Positions 17,786 through 28,500 of a DNA stretch of 64,000 nt are shown one piece after another. The notes under the pieces are model-generated. The model saw only the letters and a list, made by a program, of their open reading frames with translations. It had not been told where the DNA came from and ran no database searches. The translations under genes were made by a program, and so were the position numbers. The stretch lies in the IMG/VR virus record IMGVR_UViG_3300031957_002643, positions 62,001 through 126,000 of that record; one strand, given 5' to 3'. How positions within the stretch are numbered: position 1 is the stretch's first letter; every line of letters starts with the position of its first letter.

Positions 17786-17946
17786 CTGTCTTTATCTGTC
17801 AAGTTATTAAAATAGATAAATGCGGCCCCAAATTGATTGGGTGTCATTCGTGAAATTTCATCTAATACTTTAGCACTTCCAACTTCTGCCGTTTCGACGC
17901 CAGATAATAAACGATCTACACTTTTGTGAATACGGGTACGGTCCAT
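17749..17946 (-). CDS. hypothetical protein
   Basis: 65-aa ORF with GGAGG RBS. Confidence 0.55.
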   Translation of the reverse strand: MDRTRIHKSVDRLLSGVETAEVGSAKVLDEISRMTPNQFGAAFIYFNNLTDKDRCNMISLLIDNQ

Positions 17947-17949
17947 GGG

Positions 17950-18480
17950 TCAACCTCCAACAAGGGCGTATATAAGATATACAATAGAACAGGATGAGAC
18001 AAAACCCAAACAGGAACCCACAACCAATTTCATATTATATAGTGATTGCATGTATTGATCGATGGCACTAGTGCTGCCCGTCAAAGTTTTAAACTTATGA
18101 TTTTGTTCTGCGGCAATGGAGTCACATTTTCTCTCAAGTTCTAGTTTTCTTTTTTCGAGTTTCTTCTTTGCTTTACGAACTCGTTCCTTGGTTCGTGCCA
18201 TTGAATTTCGAATCAATTTACGTTTTTTGTCTTTTATGTCATCGACTATACGACTGATTTCATATGATATTTCCGCATTCATTGCGGCAGAATTTGCGCG
18301 TGTTCCGCCGTAATACCCATTTAGTGTATTCAATTTACTTTTGAGTAATTCTTTGTCTAGATGAAGACGACGAATATCTTCCTTTAGTTCCGCATCGATA
18401 CACTCTCTTTCGTTGTACACTCCAAGGTGATACATCGTCCGGGGGTTCGGAGAATGAGAAGTGTAGTGATATCCAGTCAT
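17950..18480 (-). CDS. coiled-coil protein with C-terminal TM anchor
   Basis: ORF 17950..18510; the first ATG lies inside a terminator hairpin, so MTGYHY is preferred. Confidence 0.55.
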   Translation of the reverse strand: MTGYHYTSHSPNPRTMYHLGVYNERECIDAELKEDIRRLHLDKELLKSKLNTLNGYYGGTRANSAAMNAEISYEISRIVDDIKDKKRKLIRNSMARTKERVRKAKKKLEKRKLELERKCDSIAAEQNHKFKTLTGSTSAIDQYMQSLYNMKLVVGSCLGFVSSCSIVYLIYALVGG

Positions 18481-18482
18481 AT

Positions 18483-18518
18483 AAACAAAAAGGGAGACAG
18501 CACAGGCCATCTCCCTTT
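18483..18518 (-). terminator. terminator after the AAA ATPase gene
   Basis: Minus strand: AGGGAGATGGC-CTGT-GCTGTCTCCCT-TTTTGTTT. Confidence 0.7.
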
Positions 18519-18544
18519 CCCTATTCGAGTAACACTATTACGTG

Positions 18545-19711
18545 TTACAAATTGGTCAAACCTGCTGATGTGGAAGTAATAGCAGATTTTGCCATGGTGT
18601 CCAAGCGTTTATGTGCACTGTCGAAAGACATATCATAAACAAAGACAGAGATGACCAATTCTTTGAGGTGAGCGATTGAGAATTTCTCAGTGCGTTCAAC
18701 CCAATAGTCCAGAAGGACTTTATTATCATCGACCTGATTAAGTTCCGTATCCAGCTCTTTTAGTTCGTGATTAAACTCATCGAGTTTGGCTTCGAGACTG
18801 GTTAGCTTGGTTCTGTTGCGTTCAATTGCAACATCGCTATTCTCCTGACCTTCTAGGTCGGAAATCTCACTACGAAGGGTGGCAATATCACCGGTGACTT
18901 CGCCAACTTTCACGTCAATCACGGAGATACGTTCGGTGATTTCCACCTTACGGGCTTCATTATCGTCGTTAGGATATGGCAGATCACACAGATCAGGATA
19001 CTTGAACTTCAAGAATGCCCGGCGCGCTTCCGCATTCGGCATATCAATCTTCTGAACCACGTCGAAACGGGACGGACGATTGACTAGACGCTTGTCAAGG
19101 CGTTCTGGATAGTTGGTTGTTGCAACGAAGACAACATTATCGATTTGCAGTTCACCATCAAGAAGAGCAAGTAAATTACTTTCACTATCATGACGGCCAG
19201 ATGCAAGAGTATCGATATCTTCAAGCATGACCACGACCGGACGATTCGGTTCGATCTTACGAAGATAGTCTAGACCGATAGCAGTTCTTTCCGGGTCTTT
19301 CACATAAATGGAAATACCACCTGCCTGAATGATCTGCTGACTCAACTGCTGTACAGTCGTGGTTTTACCAGAACCCGGAGGACCCCAAAGAAGGACACCA
19401 CGTTTGTGTAGAACCTCCATCTTCTTATAAACGTCCTTTCGATCCCAGAAGTCTTGAATGTGCTTGATGATGCGTTCGGATTCATCATCAGGCAGAGGAA
19501 CAAGGCCATCCAGAATGACATTTGTGCGTTTAAAATATAGACCTCTGTCTTGAGACAGTTCTACAGTATATTGGCCGGGCGGAAGAGAACTTTCGGTTCT
19601 TTCACACGGCATATAGCAATCACCAGCAACGGCCCACATGGAGGCGTTCTTAGGATTTACGGCAGTGCCGGAATTTTCATCATTGGATAGGGATGCCATT
19701 GTTTTCCTCAT
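18545..19711 (-). CDS. AAA+ ATPase with coiled-coil insertion
   Basis: GPPGSGKT, MLEDID, TTNYPERLD...RPSRFD. Confidence 0.9.
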   Translation of the reverse strand: MRKTMASLSNDENSGTAVNPKNASMWAVAGDCYMPCERTESSLPPGQYTVELSQDRGLYFKRTNVILDGLVPLPDDESERIIKHIQDFWDRKDVYKKMEVLHKRGVLLWGPPGSGKTTTVQQLSQQIIQAGGISIYVKDPERTAIGLDYLRKIEPNRPVVVMLEDIDTLASGRHDSESNLLALLDGELQIDNVVFVATTNYPERLDKRLVNRPSRFDVVQKIDMPNAEARRAFLKFKYPDLCDLPYPNDDNEARKVEITERISVIDVKVGEVTGDIATLRSEISDLEGQENSDVAIERNRTKLTSLEAKLDEFNHELKELDTELNQVDDNKVLLDYWVERTEKFSIAHLKELVISVFVYDMSFDSAHKRLDTMAKSAITSTSAGLTNL

Positions 19712-19783
19712 TCAAATAGCTTGTGAAGAATACGTATGACAAACTAACTGTCAGAACAATTTACGTTTTGAAACAAAATCCGC

Positions 19784-20242
19784 TTAGTCGGTTTTTTCGT
19801 CTAGGACGCGCTGGACAAATGCCTTGAGTGCAACGAGATATTTGTACGTGGTGTCACTGTATAGTCCGACACCGCCTTTATCCATTTCACGTCTGGACAT
19901 GATATCATCAATGCGACCTTGAAGGGTTTTTAGGTCGCGTTGGTCCAAAGCTGCAATTGTTCTTGGGTGAATTGTGGTATTTTTGGAGTGCTCGAAGTCG
20001 GTAACATAAGCGTCCGAAGAAACTGCACTCCAAAGGTCATCATCAACAACCGGCTCTTCTGGTTCGCCAACATCCATCATTGGGTCATCATCGGCCATAC
20101 CATCTTGCATCCCTTGTTGGAATGTAGGATCGTTCATGGCATCACCGCCCTGCATTTCATCCGCAGGCGGTTGCTGATCATCAATTGTTCTCGTTTCTAA
20201 ACGACCTTCTCCGGGTTCTTCGAACAGACTGATAATTCGCAT
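19784..20242 (-). CDS. acidic putative internal head protein
   Basis: Leader MRIISLFEE; in a late operon. Confidence 0.6.
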   Translation of the reverse strand: MRIISLFEEPGEGRLETRTIDDQQPPADEMQGGDAMNDPTFQQGMQDGMADDDPMMDVGEPEEPVVDDDLWSAVSSDAYVTDFEHSKNTTIHPRTIAALDQRDLKTLQGRIDDIMSRREMDKGGVGLYSDTTYKYLVALKAFVQRVLDEKTD

Positions 20243-20243
20243 A

Positions 20244-20588
20244 TTACCACTTCACAATCCAGTTGAAAGTATCAGTACTTTGGTGCTGTGCTCTACGTAC
20301 TGTGTAGTTGAGACGTTGGAAATAACCAATGACTTCATTCATTTGTGCACGAGCTATTTTGTGTGCATCGGTCTGATAATTCAGTGGATCAGAATATGCT
20401 TCATAATGAGTTGATGAGTTCGTGAAACCCGAAACCACCGGTGGTGAAGAACCGGGACCAATTGTAGCTTCACGACTTCCAGCACCAGCCGCAGTCATGA
20501 CTGCTTCTTCAATCCTGTTGACTTCAAGATTGATGTCTGTTCGGCTATTTGAAATAGCAGCAGCTTCTTTTGCGGTATAAAATGACAT
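20244..20588 (-). CDS. hypothetical protein, probably virion-associated
   Basis: 114-aa ORF translationally coupled to its neighbours. Confidence 0.7.
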   Translation of the reverse strand: MSFYTAKEAAAISNSRTDINLEVNRIEEAVMTAAGAGSREATIGPGSSPPVVSGFTNSSTHYEAYSDPLNYQTDAHKIARAQMNEVIGYFQRLNYTVRRAQHQSTDTFNWIVKW

Positions 20589-21748
20589 TACTTTTTGTCT
20601 CTTTCGCCGTCTTCATCATCATTTTCAAAATCTAGGTCATCACCCAAGTCTTCATCACCAAGGTCCGGCTCGCCTTCGATTTCTTCTGGCTCACCAAACT
20701 CATCATCGCCCGCACCCATTTCCATGTCATTGCCCATTCCATCATCTGGTTGGTCAAAATCAGGAGCTTCATTTTTGCTTCCAGAAATCATTTCATCTAG
20801 ATATTTTGCAAATTCCACCTTGAGATCGGAAAGAATATCAGCAGCACCACGGATGTTGTTTGACACGAGTTGATCGATATGATCGGTCGCATCTTCACCA
20901 AATTCGGCTCTCACGCGCTCACGGACATCGGTAAGAAGATTTCCAGAGGTACGAGCAAGCTTCTCTAGCATGTTATCGATGTCTTCGACGAAGCCTTGCA
21001 TTTTTGTAATAACGGCAGAACGTTCAATTTCGCCTTCGTTCAAACGTCTAATTGTTTCACTGAAGTCTTCGCGAAACTCTTGAACTGATCTTTTTGTCAT
21101 TTGGGTATTCTCCTTAATGGTCTCTCTCAATTTGGCCGGTGCTGAAATTTCCCAAGGCCATTTCCCTTCCCAGAGGGAATTGCAATATGTTTCAATATCA
21201 TCCAAAGCTTCATCAGAAGACTCTGTAATGTGTTCAATCATAAGCGCTTCTGTTGATTCAAACAGACGACCATCAGCTAATTCGAAATAAATCTTTCTGA
21301 AATTGTCGTCAGAACCCCATTCCATGATCTGAAGAGCTTTTAATACTCGCTCATCTTCATTGATGTCTGACCAGAACGCTTTGTCTTCTGAAAGATAATA
21401 GCAACGTCTACCTGTCACCTTACCTTCTACAATAGTTGCATTATAATAATGCATGCCCGGAACCAAAGTGACCGATGCATCTCTGCTGGTTTTGAATTCA
21501 ACCAAGCACGCCAAAGCATCTCTTGTGTAGATATCCTTGACATAAGTCTCGTCCTTCATAAAATCCATGAAGCCCGATTCAAATCTCTTTGAACTAATTC
21601 TTTCTTCCAGAACCGAAATTGCTTCACGCAATGTTGATACTGGTTGCTTCTTGAACTTTGAGATGTCGCGATCCATCGCATCTAGTTTATTTTCTAGGAC
21701 ACGGTAACGATCTATCGGTGACTTGTGGTTGATCGCATTTAAAAACAT
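20588..21748 (-). CDS. putative head-associated protein with acidic tail
   Basis: 386 aa; upstream TAAATA and GGAG; several L/IxE sites. Confidence 0.7.
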   Translation of the reverse strand: MFLNAINHKSPIDRYRVLENKLDAMDRDISKFKKQPVSTLREAISVLEERISSKRFESGFMDFMKDETYVKDIYTRDALACLVEFKTSRDASVTLVPGMHYYNATIVEGKVTGRRCYYLSEDKAFWSDINEDERVLKALQIMEWGSDDNFRKIYFELADGRLFESTEALMIEHITESSDEALDDIETYCNSLWEGKWPWEISAPAKLRETIKENTQMTKRSVQEFREDFSETIRRLNEGEIERSAVITKMQGFVEDIDNMLEKLARTSGNLLTDVRERVRAEFGEDATDHIDQLVSNNIRGAADILSDLKVEFAKYLDEMISGSKNEAPDFDQPDDGMGNDMEMGAGDDEFGEPEEIEGEPDLGDEDLGDDLDFENDDEDGERDKK

Positions 21749-21804
21749 GCACTTTGCTCCATATATTAGTAGTATTTATGACTTTGTAGAATTCTTATGC
21801 TCTC

Positions 21805-22479
21805 TTATAATGCGCCCATTTTAGACCTAATGCCTTCAAGCATCAGCTTTTTCTCACTGATCTTATTTTTCAAAATATCTCTACGTTTTGTGTTGCCCGG
21901 ATCAACCTGTTTATAGTGTTGCACCAGTTTGGCAGTTTCCATCATAATACTCTCTTCAGTGTTGCACCATTCGATGATTCTACTAACACGTGGATCGTTA
22001 GTATTGTTGCTTTCATTGAGTGCTGCGGCCACCATGCTCGCGGCATTAGCATGACGGAATTGATAATCGAATTTCTGTCCCGTTTTAGCATTGGTCACGC
22101 GGAACCGTTCGACTTCTTTACCAACACGGGTTTCTTTTAGAATTGTCTGAAGTTGCCAATCGCCATGAACAACCGGCTTTGTATTACCAGTCATATATGG
22201 CATGTTGCGAGCTTCATGTTCTGCAATTTGTCCAATCGGATTGCTTCCGTCCCCAAAGAACATATCTTGTGCAGCTTGTGTGCCAATATTGGTTGCTGCA
22301 TTAGTCAACATGCTTTCCATGGAATCCTGAATACCAAATGCTTCCATCATGGCTTGGCGCTGAGTGCGACCGTCGCCAGTAATATCCGCAAGCTTCTTCC
22401 GCAGATTTTTATCCGCAGATTTCATTTTTTGCTTTGATTCTAGCTGTAATGCATATGCATTAATTTTTTCATCAGACAT
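21805..22479 (-). CDS. hypothetical protein
   Basis: 224-aa ORF overlapping the upstream stop (TAATG). Confidence 0.7.
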   Translation of the reverse strand: MSDEKINAYALQLESKQKMKSADKNLRKKLADITGDGRTQRQAMMEAFGIQDSMESMLTNAATNIGTQAAQDMFFGDGSNPIGQIAEHEARNMPYMTGNTKPVVHGDWQLQTILKETRVGKEVERFRVTNAKTGQKFDYQFRHANAASMVAAALNESNNTNDPRVSRIIEWCNTEESIMMETAKLVQHYKQVDPGNTKRRDILKNKISEKKLMLEGIRSKMGAL

Positions 22480-23066
22480 TAGAATTTGCCTCCACGTGCT
22501 TTCTTCAATCGATCATTGGCTTTCTTCAACCGTTTACGACCAATGATATTGGTTAGTTTTGTCTTTTGGCGCTTCTTCGCGATAGCACCTTTGTTCTTTC
22601 TAGATGAAACTTTTCGTGCAGTGCGACGTGCATAGGATGGCGGTTCCATGCATGTAGCTACGTCTTGAGTTCTTTGACCATTCTTCGGTCCACCCAAACA
22701 TTTCATTGCAGGAACCAATTTATTGTCTTTGCGAGTAAAGACTTTTACTACGGCTTCATCAAGATTAGATATTTCTACATTGCTAAGTTCGAGAATCAAT
22801 GTTTCAGCGCCAGAACGCTTAATTCTGACCATGCCAATTTGTTTTAACCAATCACGAATAACAGCTTTCAAATTTGCTATGTCTGAAGACTTTTCTACTG
22901 CATTCGTGAAATTACTAAAAACAACGACAACACGATCCAAGGTTTCTTTATCTTTTTCAATATGAATAGATGACAATGAAACCAAGCTAGGCACACGTTT
23001 TTTGAACTCTGAAGCTTGCGTTTCAGAGAGTTCGTTCCAAGCTTTTTCGATCTTTTTATACAACAT
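22479..23066 (-). CDS. hypothetical protein with basic C-terminal domain
   Basis: K/R-rich tail after LDE; upstream TATAAATA. Confidence 0.7.
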   Translation of the reverse strand: MLYKKIEKAWNELSETQASEFKKRVPSLVSLSSIHIEKDKETLDRVVVVFSNFTNAVEKSSDIANLKAVIRDWLKQIGMVRIKRSGAETLILELSNVEISNLDEAVVKVFTRKDNKLVPAMKCLGGPKNGQRTQDVATCMEPPSYARRTARKVSSRKNKGAIAKKRQKTKLTNIIGRKRLKKANDRLKKARGGKF

Positions 23067-23100
23067 AGCTATGTATTTATAGTAAAGCCTTATTTTCTGT

Positions 23101-23135
23101 AAGAAAGAAGGCCCGGTGTTTCCACCGAGCCTTCT
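23101..23135 (-). terminator. rho-independent terminator
   Basis: Minus strand: GAAGGCTCGGTG-GAAA-CACCGGGCCTTC-TTTCTT. Confidence 0.8.
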
Positions 23136-23161
23136 AATTACTTCACTCTAATTCGTTAGAA

Positions 23162-23608
23162 TTATGAGTTCTGTGCAACACCATTTAGGGTGACTGTGAT
23201 AGCTGTGACGCCGTGAGCATCAGAACCAACATATGCCTGAGCAAGCTCATAGGCATTTGAACGACGAGTTTTCGTCATGAACTGTGGGTCACCAACAGTT
23301 GAGTCTGCCCATAGGCCGTCCTGCTCATACTTAAGAGTAATAGCCTGATCGCCATCTGAAGCAATCGAAACAGCCTGTGCATACTGCTGGAAGTACTGAA
23401 CGATGTCAGAGAAACGCTCGTGGCGTGCCTTGTCGTCCGCATCTTCTGCAAAATATGCAGCAAGATCAGCCGCAGCCTTAACAGGGTTCGTCGCAGTTGG
23501 GTCACCAGCAGCGGTAACCGTTAGAACTAGCGTATCACCGGCAGCAGGTCCGCCACCTACAGCGCCCGGAAAAGCCAGAGCTTTATAATTGTCAATCCAA
23601 TCTACCAT
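23162..23608 (-). CDS. probable abundant virion (decoration-type) protein
   Basis: Has its own TAAATA promoter, AGGAG RBS and terminator; Ala/Thr/Gly-rich. Confidence 0.6.
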   Translation of the reverse strand: MVDWIDNYKALAFPGAVGGGPAAGDTLVLTVTAAGDPTATNPVKAAADLAAYFAEDADDKARHERFSDIVQYFQQYAQAVSIASDGDQAITLKYEQDGLWADSTVGDPQFMTKTRRSNAYELAQAYVGSDAHGVTAITVTLNGVAQNS

Positions 23609-23638
23609 AATAAAAATCTCCTATATATCTGGTATTTA

Positions 23639-23800
23639 TTAGCTCTGATTATCCGCCTTTGTATGTGCTTTCTTTCTGCGCCGTTTAACGGAGGAACGCT
23701 CTCGTTTGATCGGTGCGTTGATAGCTGCGATATTTCCAGCACTGGTAGCACCAGAACTAGCCATCTCAGCCAAGCAGTCATGTAAAGACCGTATAATCAT
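23639..23800 (-). CDS. 53-aa basic protein with capsid N-arm-like motif (not in the ORF track)
   Basis: MIIRSLHDCLAEMASSGATSAGNIAAINAPIKRERSSVKRRRKKAHTKADNQS; preceded by TAAATA-N5-ATG. Confidence 0.7.
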   Translation of the reverse strand: MIIRSLHDCLAEMASSGATSAGNIAAINAPIKRERSSVKRRRKKAHTKADNQS

Positions 23801-23813
23801 GCTTATATTTAGT

Positions 23814-24548
23814 CTAATGGTCTGATTTGGTGTGTTTTAATGGAAAAAGCTCAACTTTTTTGCCTAAAGAAGTTGGGTCTTGTAACAGCATGAGATAATA
23901 ACGAGGATGGGGATCGTATTGACCAAGGTAGCGTTCAATTCTGTTTTGAAATTTCTTCAATGCTTTTGCAGGGTCCTTATCGCGTGAAATAGTTTCCCAA
24001 TCACCATCTGCTTTTGTGGAAACAAAAATCTTACCCCTAAATGCGTTCACCGCTACATCAATCTTTTTCCTGATGCCATTAAATACGCCTTCCAATTCGA
24101 ATTTCTCGCTGACGAATTCGATCCCGTTTTCATTTTGACCATGTTGGACCTTTGATGGCAAACAAATTCCTTCGAATCCTGCTGCCTTAGCCATATCCGG
24201 AATGTTTTGTGTGATTTTCCTAAAGCTTCTCACATAATATAATTCATAGACGAATGTTTGTTTGAACCATGATAGAATGCTTTCTTCCTTGTCCACGTGA
24301 ATAGTGGATGGAAAATAAATATTGTCGCCCCACTGATTTGTTACATATGGCCTGATTTGGAAACCATAGTGGTTTTCACGATCATGCGGAATGACAGTGA
24401 TGTCACATCCACACATATCATCTGTTGTCAATGACCATTCTGCCATTCCATCGGAATCAAATGTTTTTTCAAATTCAAAACACTTGTCGGATAGTAACGT
24501 TTCTATCGTCCTGATTATGCGATTCGGGCGCTTTTGCACAGTATTCAT
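23814..24548 (-). CDS. hypothetical protein
   Basis: 244-aa ORF coupled to the upstream gene. Confidence 0.7.
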   Translation of the reverse strand: MNTVQKRPNRIIRTIETLLSDKCFEFEKTFDSDGMAEWSLTTDDMCGCDITVIPHDRENHYGFQIRPYVTNQWGDNIYFPSTIHVDKEESILSWFKQTFVYELYYVRSFRKITQNIPDMAKAAGFEGICLPSKVQHGQNENGIEFVSEKFELEGVFNGIRKKIDVAVNAFRGKIFVSTKADGDWETISRDKDPAKALKKFQNRIERYLGQYDPHPRYYLMLLQDPTSLGKKVELFPLKHTKSDH

Positions 24549-24958
24549 TACTTCGCTGATGTCTTCTTTTTAGATACAATTTTCTTTTTAGGGGGTGATT
24601 TGACTTCAGTACCATCTGTCATGATTGGTTTTGTTGGAGACGTAGGCTTTACTACTTCAATATTTTTATCCATTTTCAAAATACTTGAAAAGGCATTTCC
24701 TGTCTTGTTTGTCTTCTTGGAAGCAATAAGCATTTTGTTTGATTGTGCCAAACAATGCTGATCTAATCGGGTCTTGAACTCATCAGCATCGGCTTCGCCT
24801 GTTGCTTCATCAAACGGAATTGCGACATCACGTTCCACATCAACATTAATTGTATCGGCATCACTATCACGATATGGATTGATGAACCTAACTCGTGCAA
24901 CGCCTCGGTCCTCAATAATGGAAAGGATTTTGTATTCTACTGGTTTTAAATCTGACAT
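24548..24958 (-). CDS. hypothetical protein, possibly fibre assembly
   Basis: 136 aa, AAGGA RBS, downstream of fibre genes. Confidence 0.65.
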   Translation of the reverse strand: MSDLKPVEYKILSIIEDRGVARVRFINPYRDSDADTINVDVERDVAIPFDEATGEADADEFKTRLDQHCLAQSNKMLIASKKTNKTGNAFSSILKMDKNIEVVKPTSPTKPIMTDGTEVKSPPKKKIVSKKKTSAK

Positions 24959-24999
24959 ATCATATATCCTTGTTTCTATTTACTATTTGAAAAAATATT

Positions 25000-25533
25000 T
25001 TATATCCCGCCGCCATAAGTCGTTATATTAATGAAATCAAGTAACGCACCACCGTCCGATTCGTTGGTAACATTAATGGTGCCACCGATAGATGGTGTTC
25101 CAGATTGTAACGTATCTGCATAATCTATGCGCAATGTATCATTATTGACGCAACTGACATCCAAATTACCAGAACTTGGTACATTTCCTTGAGAAATTGA
25201 ATTTTTGTATACAGTAGCCGTTCCATTTGTATATGATCCGGCAAATCTGACCGTGATGGTTTGATTGATTCCAGTTACGGTAACTGTATTACCCAACGTG
25301 TCGCCCGGACCAAGGTTATTAAAGTTGATAGAATCTGGGGTGTAATCTGCATTAGAGGCACCATAAAAATCTTCTAATGATATTGCGCCAGACGTAGGAA
25401 CACTATTATTCGCAGTAATATCTGGAACAAGTCCCCCGCCTCGATAATAATCTGTCAAAGATTGTGGTGCTGAACCTCCAAATTCAGCAACCAAATCATT
25501 AATTGAAATTGTGCCACTAGCTTGAAGAGCCAT
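25000..25533 (-). CDS. tail fibre tip or adhesin-associated protein
   Basis: N-terminus MALQASGTISINDLVAEFGG...SLTDYYRGG...SGAISLEDFYG, a type commonly found after S74 fibres. Confidence 0.7.
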   Translation of the reverse strand: MALQASGTISINDLVAEFGGSAPQSLTDYYRGGGLVPDITANNSVPTSGAISLEDFYGASNADYTPDSINFNNLGPGDTLGNTVTVTGINQTITVRFAGSYTNGTATVYKNSISQGNVPSSGNLDVSCVNNDTLRIDYADTLQSGTPSIGGTINVTNESDGGALLDFINITTYGGGI

Positions 25534-28500
25534 TGATTTTCTCCATCAAGTTCTGAACAAGTACTTCAAGCCTTTCTATTTTATTTTCCAATGCTTCACG
25601 TTTTTTCTTTTCTTCATAGAGGGCGGCTACTGCATATTTTCCATAATCAACCGAAAGAATGCCATCCGTTCCCGTTATTACTAATTCCGGTGCAGTATTT
25701 TTAACTTCTTGTGCAATGATACCGATTGAGCGGCCACGTCCGTCCTTCCAATCGAATTCAATAACATTCAATTCATCAATTAGTGAGGGCCTATCGATGA
25801 CTCCAATAATGGTCTTAAGTGTAATATCAGAATTCGCAGTCACGTTACCAGTTGCAGTGAAATTTCCGTTACCATCAAACTTAATATCATATGCCGTACC
25901 ATCATTCGTTGAAAAATGCATTTCCGAACCAGACGATTGTGACCAGATTTTAGATACTGCTGTATCACTAAAGGATATACCACCGCCATACGAGCCTGAC
26001 AAACGCAAAGCAGAGTTAGCATTAACTGTCGGATTGAAAATGGAAGAATCTTGGGCGATTATAAATGATCCATTATCATCAAATGTATACTTCGTAGTGG
26101 TCCCATCGCGGATGTAAAGATTTCCCGCATTCATATCCATATAAGTGTTTGAACCGTTGAAGAAAATCTCAAAGTCATTTCCAGTTCCAAATGAACAAAT
26201 CACACTATCATCGAATTTTAAGGTTCCAGCCGATTTAATTGTACTGGTATCTGATCTTAGGAATTGCGTCGCTTGGATACCATCAACTGTATCTGCATCT
26301 AAGCCGGAACCAGCACCATCATTCCCCGGATGCCAAACAACATTCCCGCCGACCGAAATGGTATTACCAACATATAGCTTACCATCAACAGTGAGTGACA
26401 TCGCTCCTTGTGCATTGGTATGATCAGTATGACCCCACCAGAAACCACGATCAGTATCGTTGTTCATTTGGAAGGTCATCGCATAATCATTATTCAAATA
26501 GCCATAAGTGAAACCTGTCTGCATACCGATTGCATAGTTTCCAGAGGACCATACTCTGATTTTATCTCTACTTGACGTGTTGACCGAAATATATTGATCC
26601 GCAGTCATAGTTCCGGTGGTTGAAATATTACCAGTAAACGCTGCACCAGACAAAATTGCGACCGGAGTACCACTTACACGCGGAGTCACATTAAAATTAA
26701 AATATGATCCATCGTCCGAATAAATTCGATGCGAAGTCCCATCACTAAAGCCGATATATCCTGTTCGAGTACCAGTAGTTGCTGCAAAAAATTCGAGGTA
26801 ACCAGAATTTGAACCATTTGTATTAGTTCCAACGTATCCATTAGTTCCATTCTTAAAACCAACATTCCCGCCGCTAAAGTTCATAGCTCCCGACAAATTG
26901 ATTGTGCTACCAGTCATAGTAATGTCGCCAACACCGGTCAAATTGACATCATTGATATCCACCGCACTGGATGTCAGTGTAAGAATTGGTGCTGACGTTA
27001 AAATGCCACCGGTACCAATAACGAACGTTGAACTATCGGCAGCACCGATTGACCAATCAGCGCCGTTGTTCCCAACATCAAAAGTAATAGTCGGATCGCC
27101 CGCCCCTCCATGAATTTCAATAGATGTATCCGCACCAATGTTTCGTCTAAATAGAGCAAGACTACCACCACCACCACCACCATTAACGGTCAATCCTGTT
27201 CCAGAAGTAGCTGTATCATCAACTTGTAAAACAGAAGCGGCATTAGAGAACGCGCCATCGCCACCAACACGCAACCAGCCATTAATATCTGATCTCGGGT
27301 TTTTAGCCAAATCAGCAATAATCACGATAGGGCGCAAATTAGATGGTGTTATATCTAACGAGGTTTTAAGATCGAGATCAATACCGTACAAGGTTCCAAT
27401 AGTTGAACCAACCTCAACATCTGGATAACCTTCAAAAATTCTAGCAGTCGTAACGGTTCCGGCATTAACATCTAATAGTCCTCTTATACTATATGCATTT
27501 GATAATGTTTGATCAACATCTCCCGTAACTAATGCACTGGCAAAAATACCATATAGACTGTTTGCCTGACTGCCAGCATTATCCAATCTGGCGCGGGCAT
27601 ATACTCCATACGCGCTAATTGCTTCTGCACCGGCCCCACCAAATACATAACTTTCAAAATATCCAGCATATATGTTATCAGTATAACCAGAAGAAACGTC
27701 AGCTCTACCATAAACGCCGATTGGTCGTAACTGATATGTATTTGCTGAGGTTGAACCATCCGTCAAATCAGAATAACCATAAACACCAATTCTGTTTCTA
27801 TCAGCGGCTAAATTATCGGTTCCAAATGTTGAATTGGTGTATCCATAAACTGCTGATTGATCTGAATCAGCCGACCTATCGGCTTCATAATATGTATAAA
27901 CTACATGATCGGCGCTTACATTACTGGCACCATTACCAAACTGTGCATAGTCAAAATTATAAATATTGTGTTGGTTACCAGTAATATCGGCATTGGCAAC
28001 AATATTACCATCAGGACTTAATGTTAAATTACCGCCACTGCCGGAAATGGTACCAATAGTACCATTTCCGGCAGCATAAATTTCATTATTATCAAATGCC
28101 CAGCCAATTGTACTATTACCAATTCGAACCCAACCATTGTTCCATGTTGATCCAGCAATAGTTCCAACACCAGTAGGAACTTCAAATTCAGTATTATCTG
28201 CAAGTACCAACTTGTTGGTTGATAGCTGATATTGAATTTTTGTATTGCCCTGTGATTGAATAGAAATATTTGAATTGTCACTGTTATTGATTACTAATCC
28301 AGAACCACTGGCGGTTATTGATGCTCGTGCCCCAGTATCACCAATAGTAAATCCATTAGTGGTCGTATTGAAATAATCGCTGGCAAATGATACGCCGGTT
28401 TCCATGGTTAACGCAGAACTGCTCAATACCATTTTATCGGCATTTGATGCCCGGAATGTCATGTCTCTGTCGGTGTTAGAATATATAAAACCACCATCAT

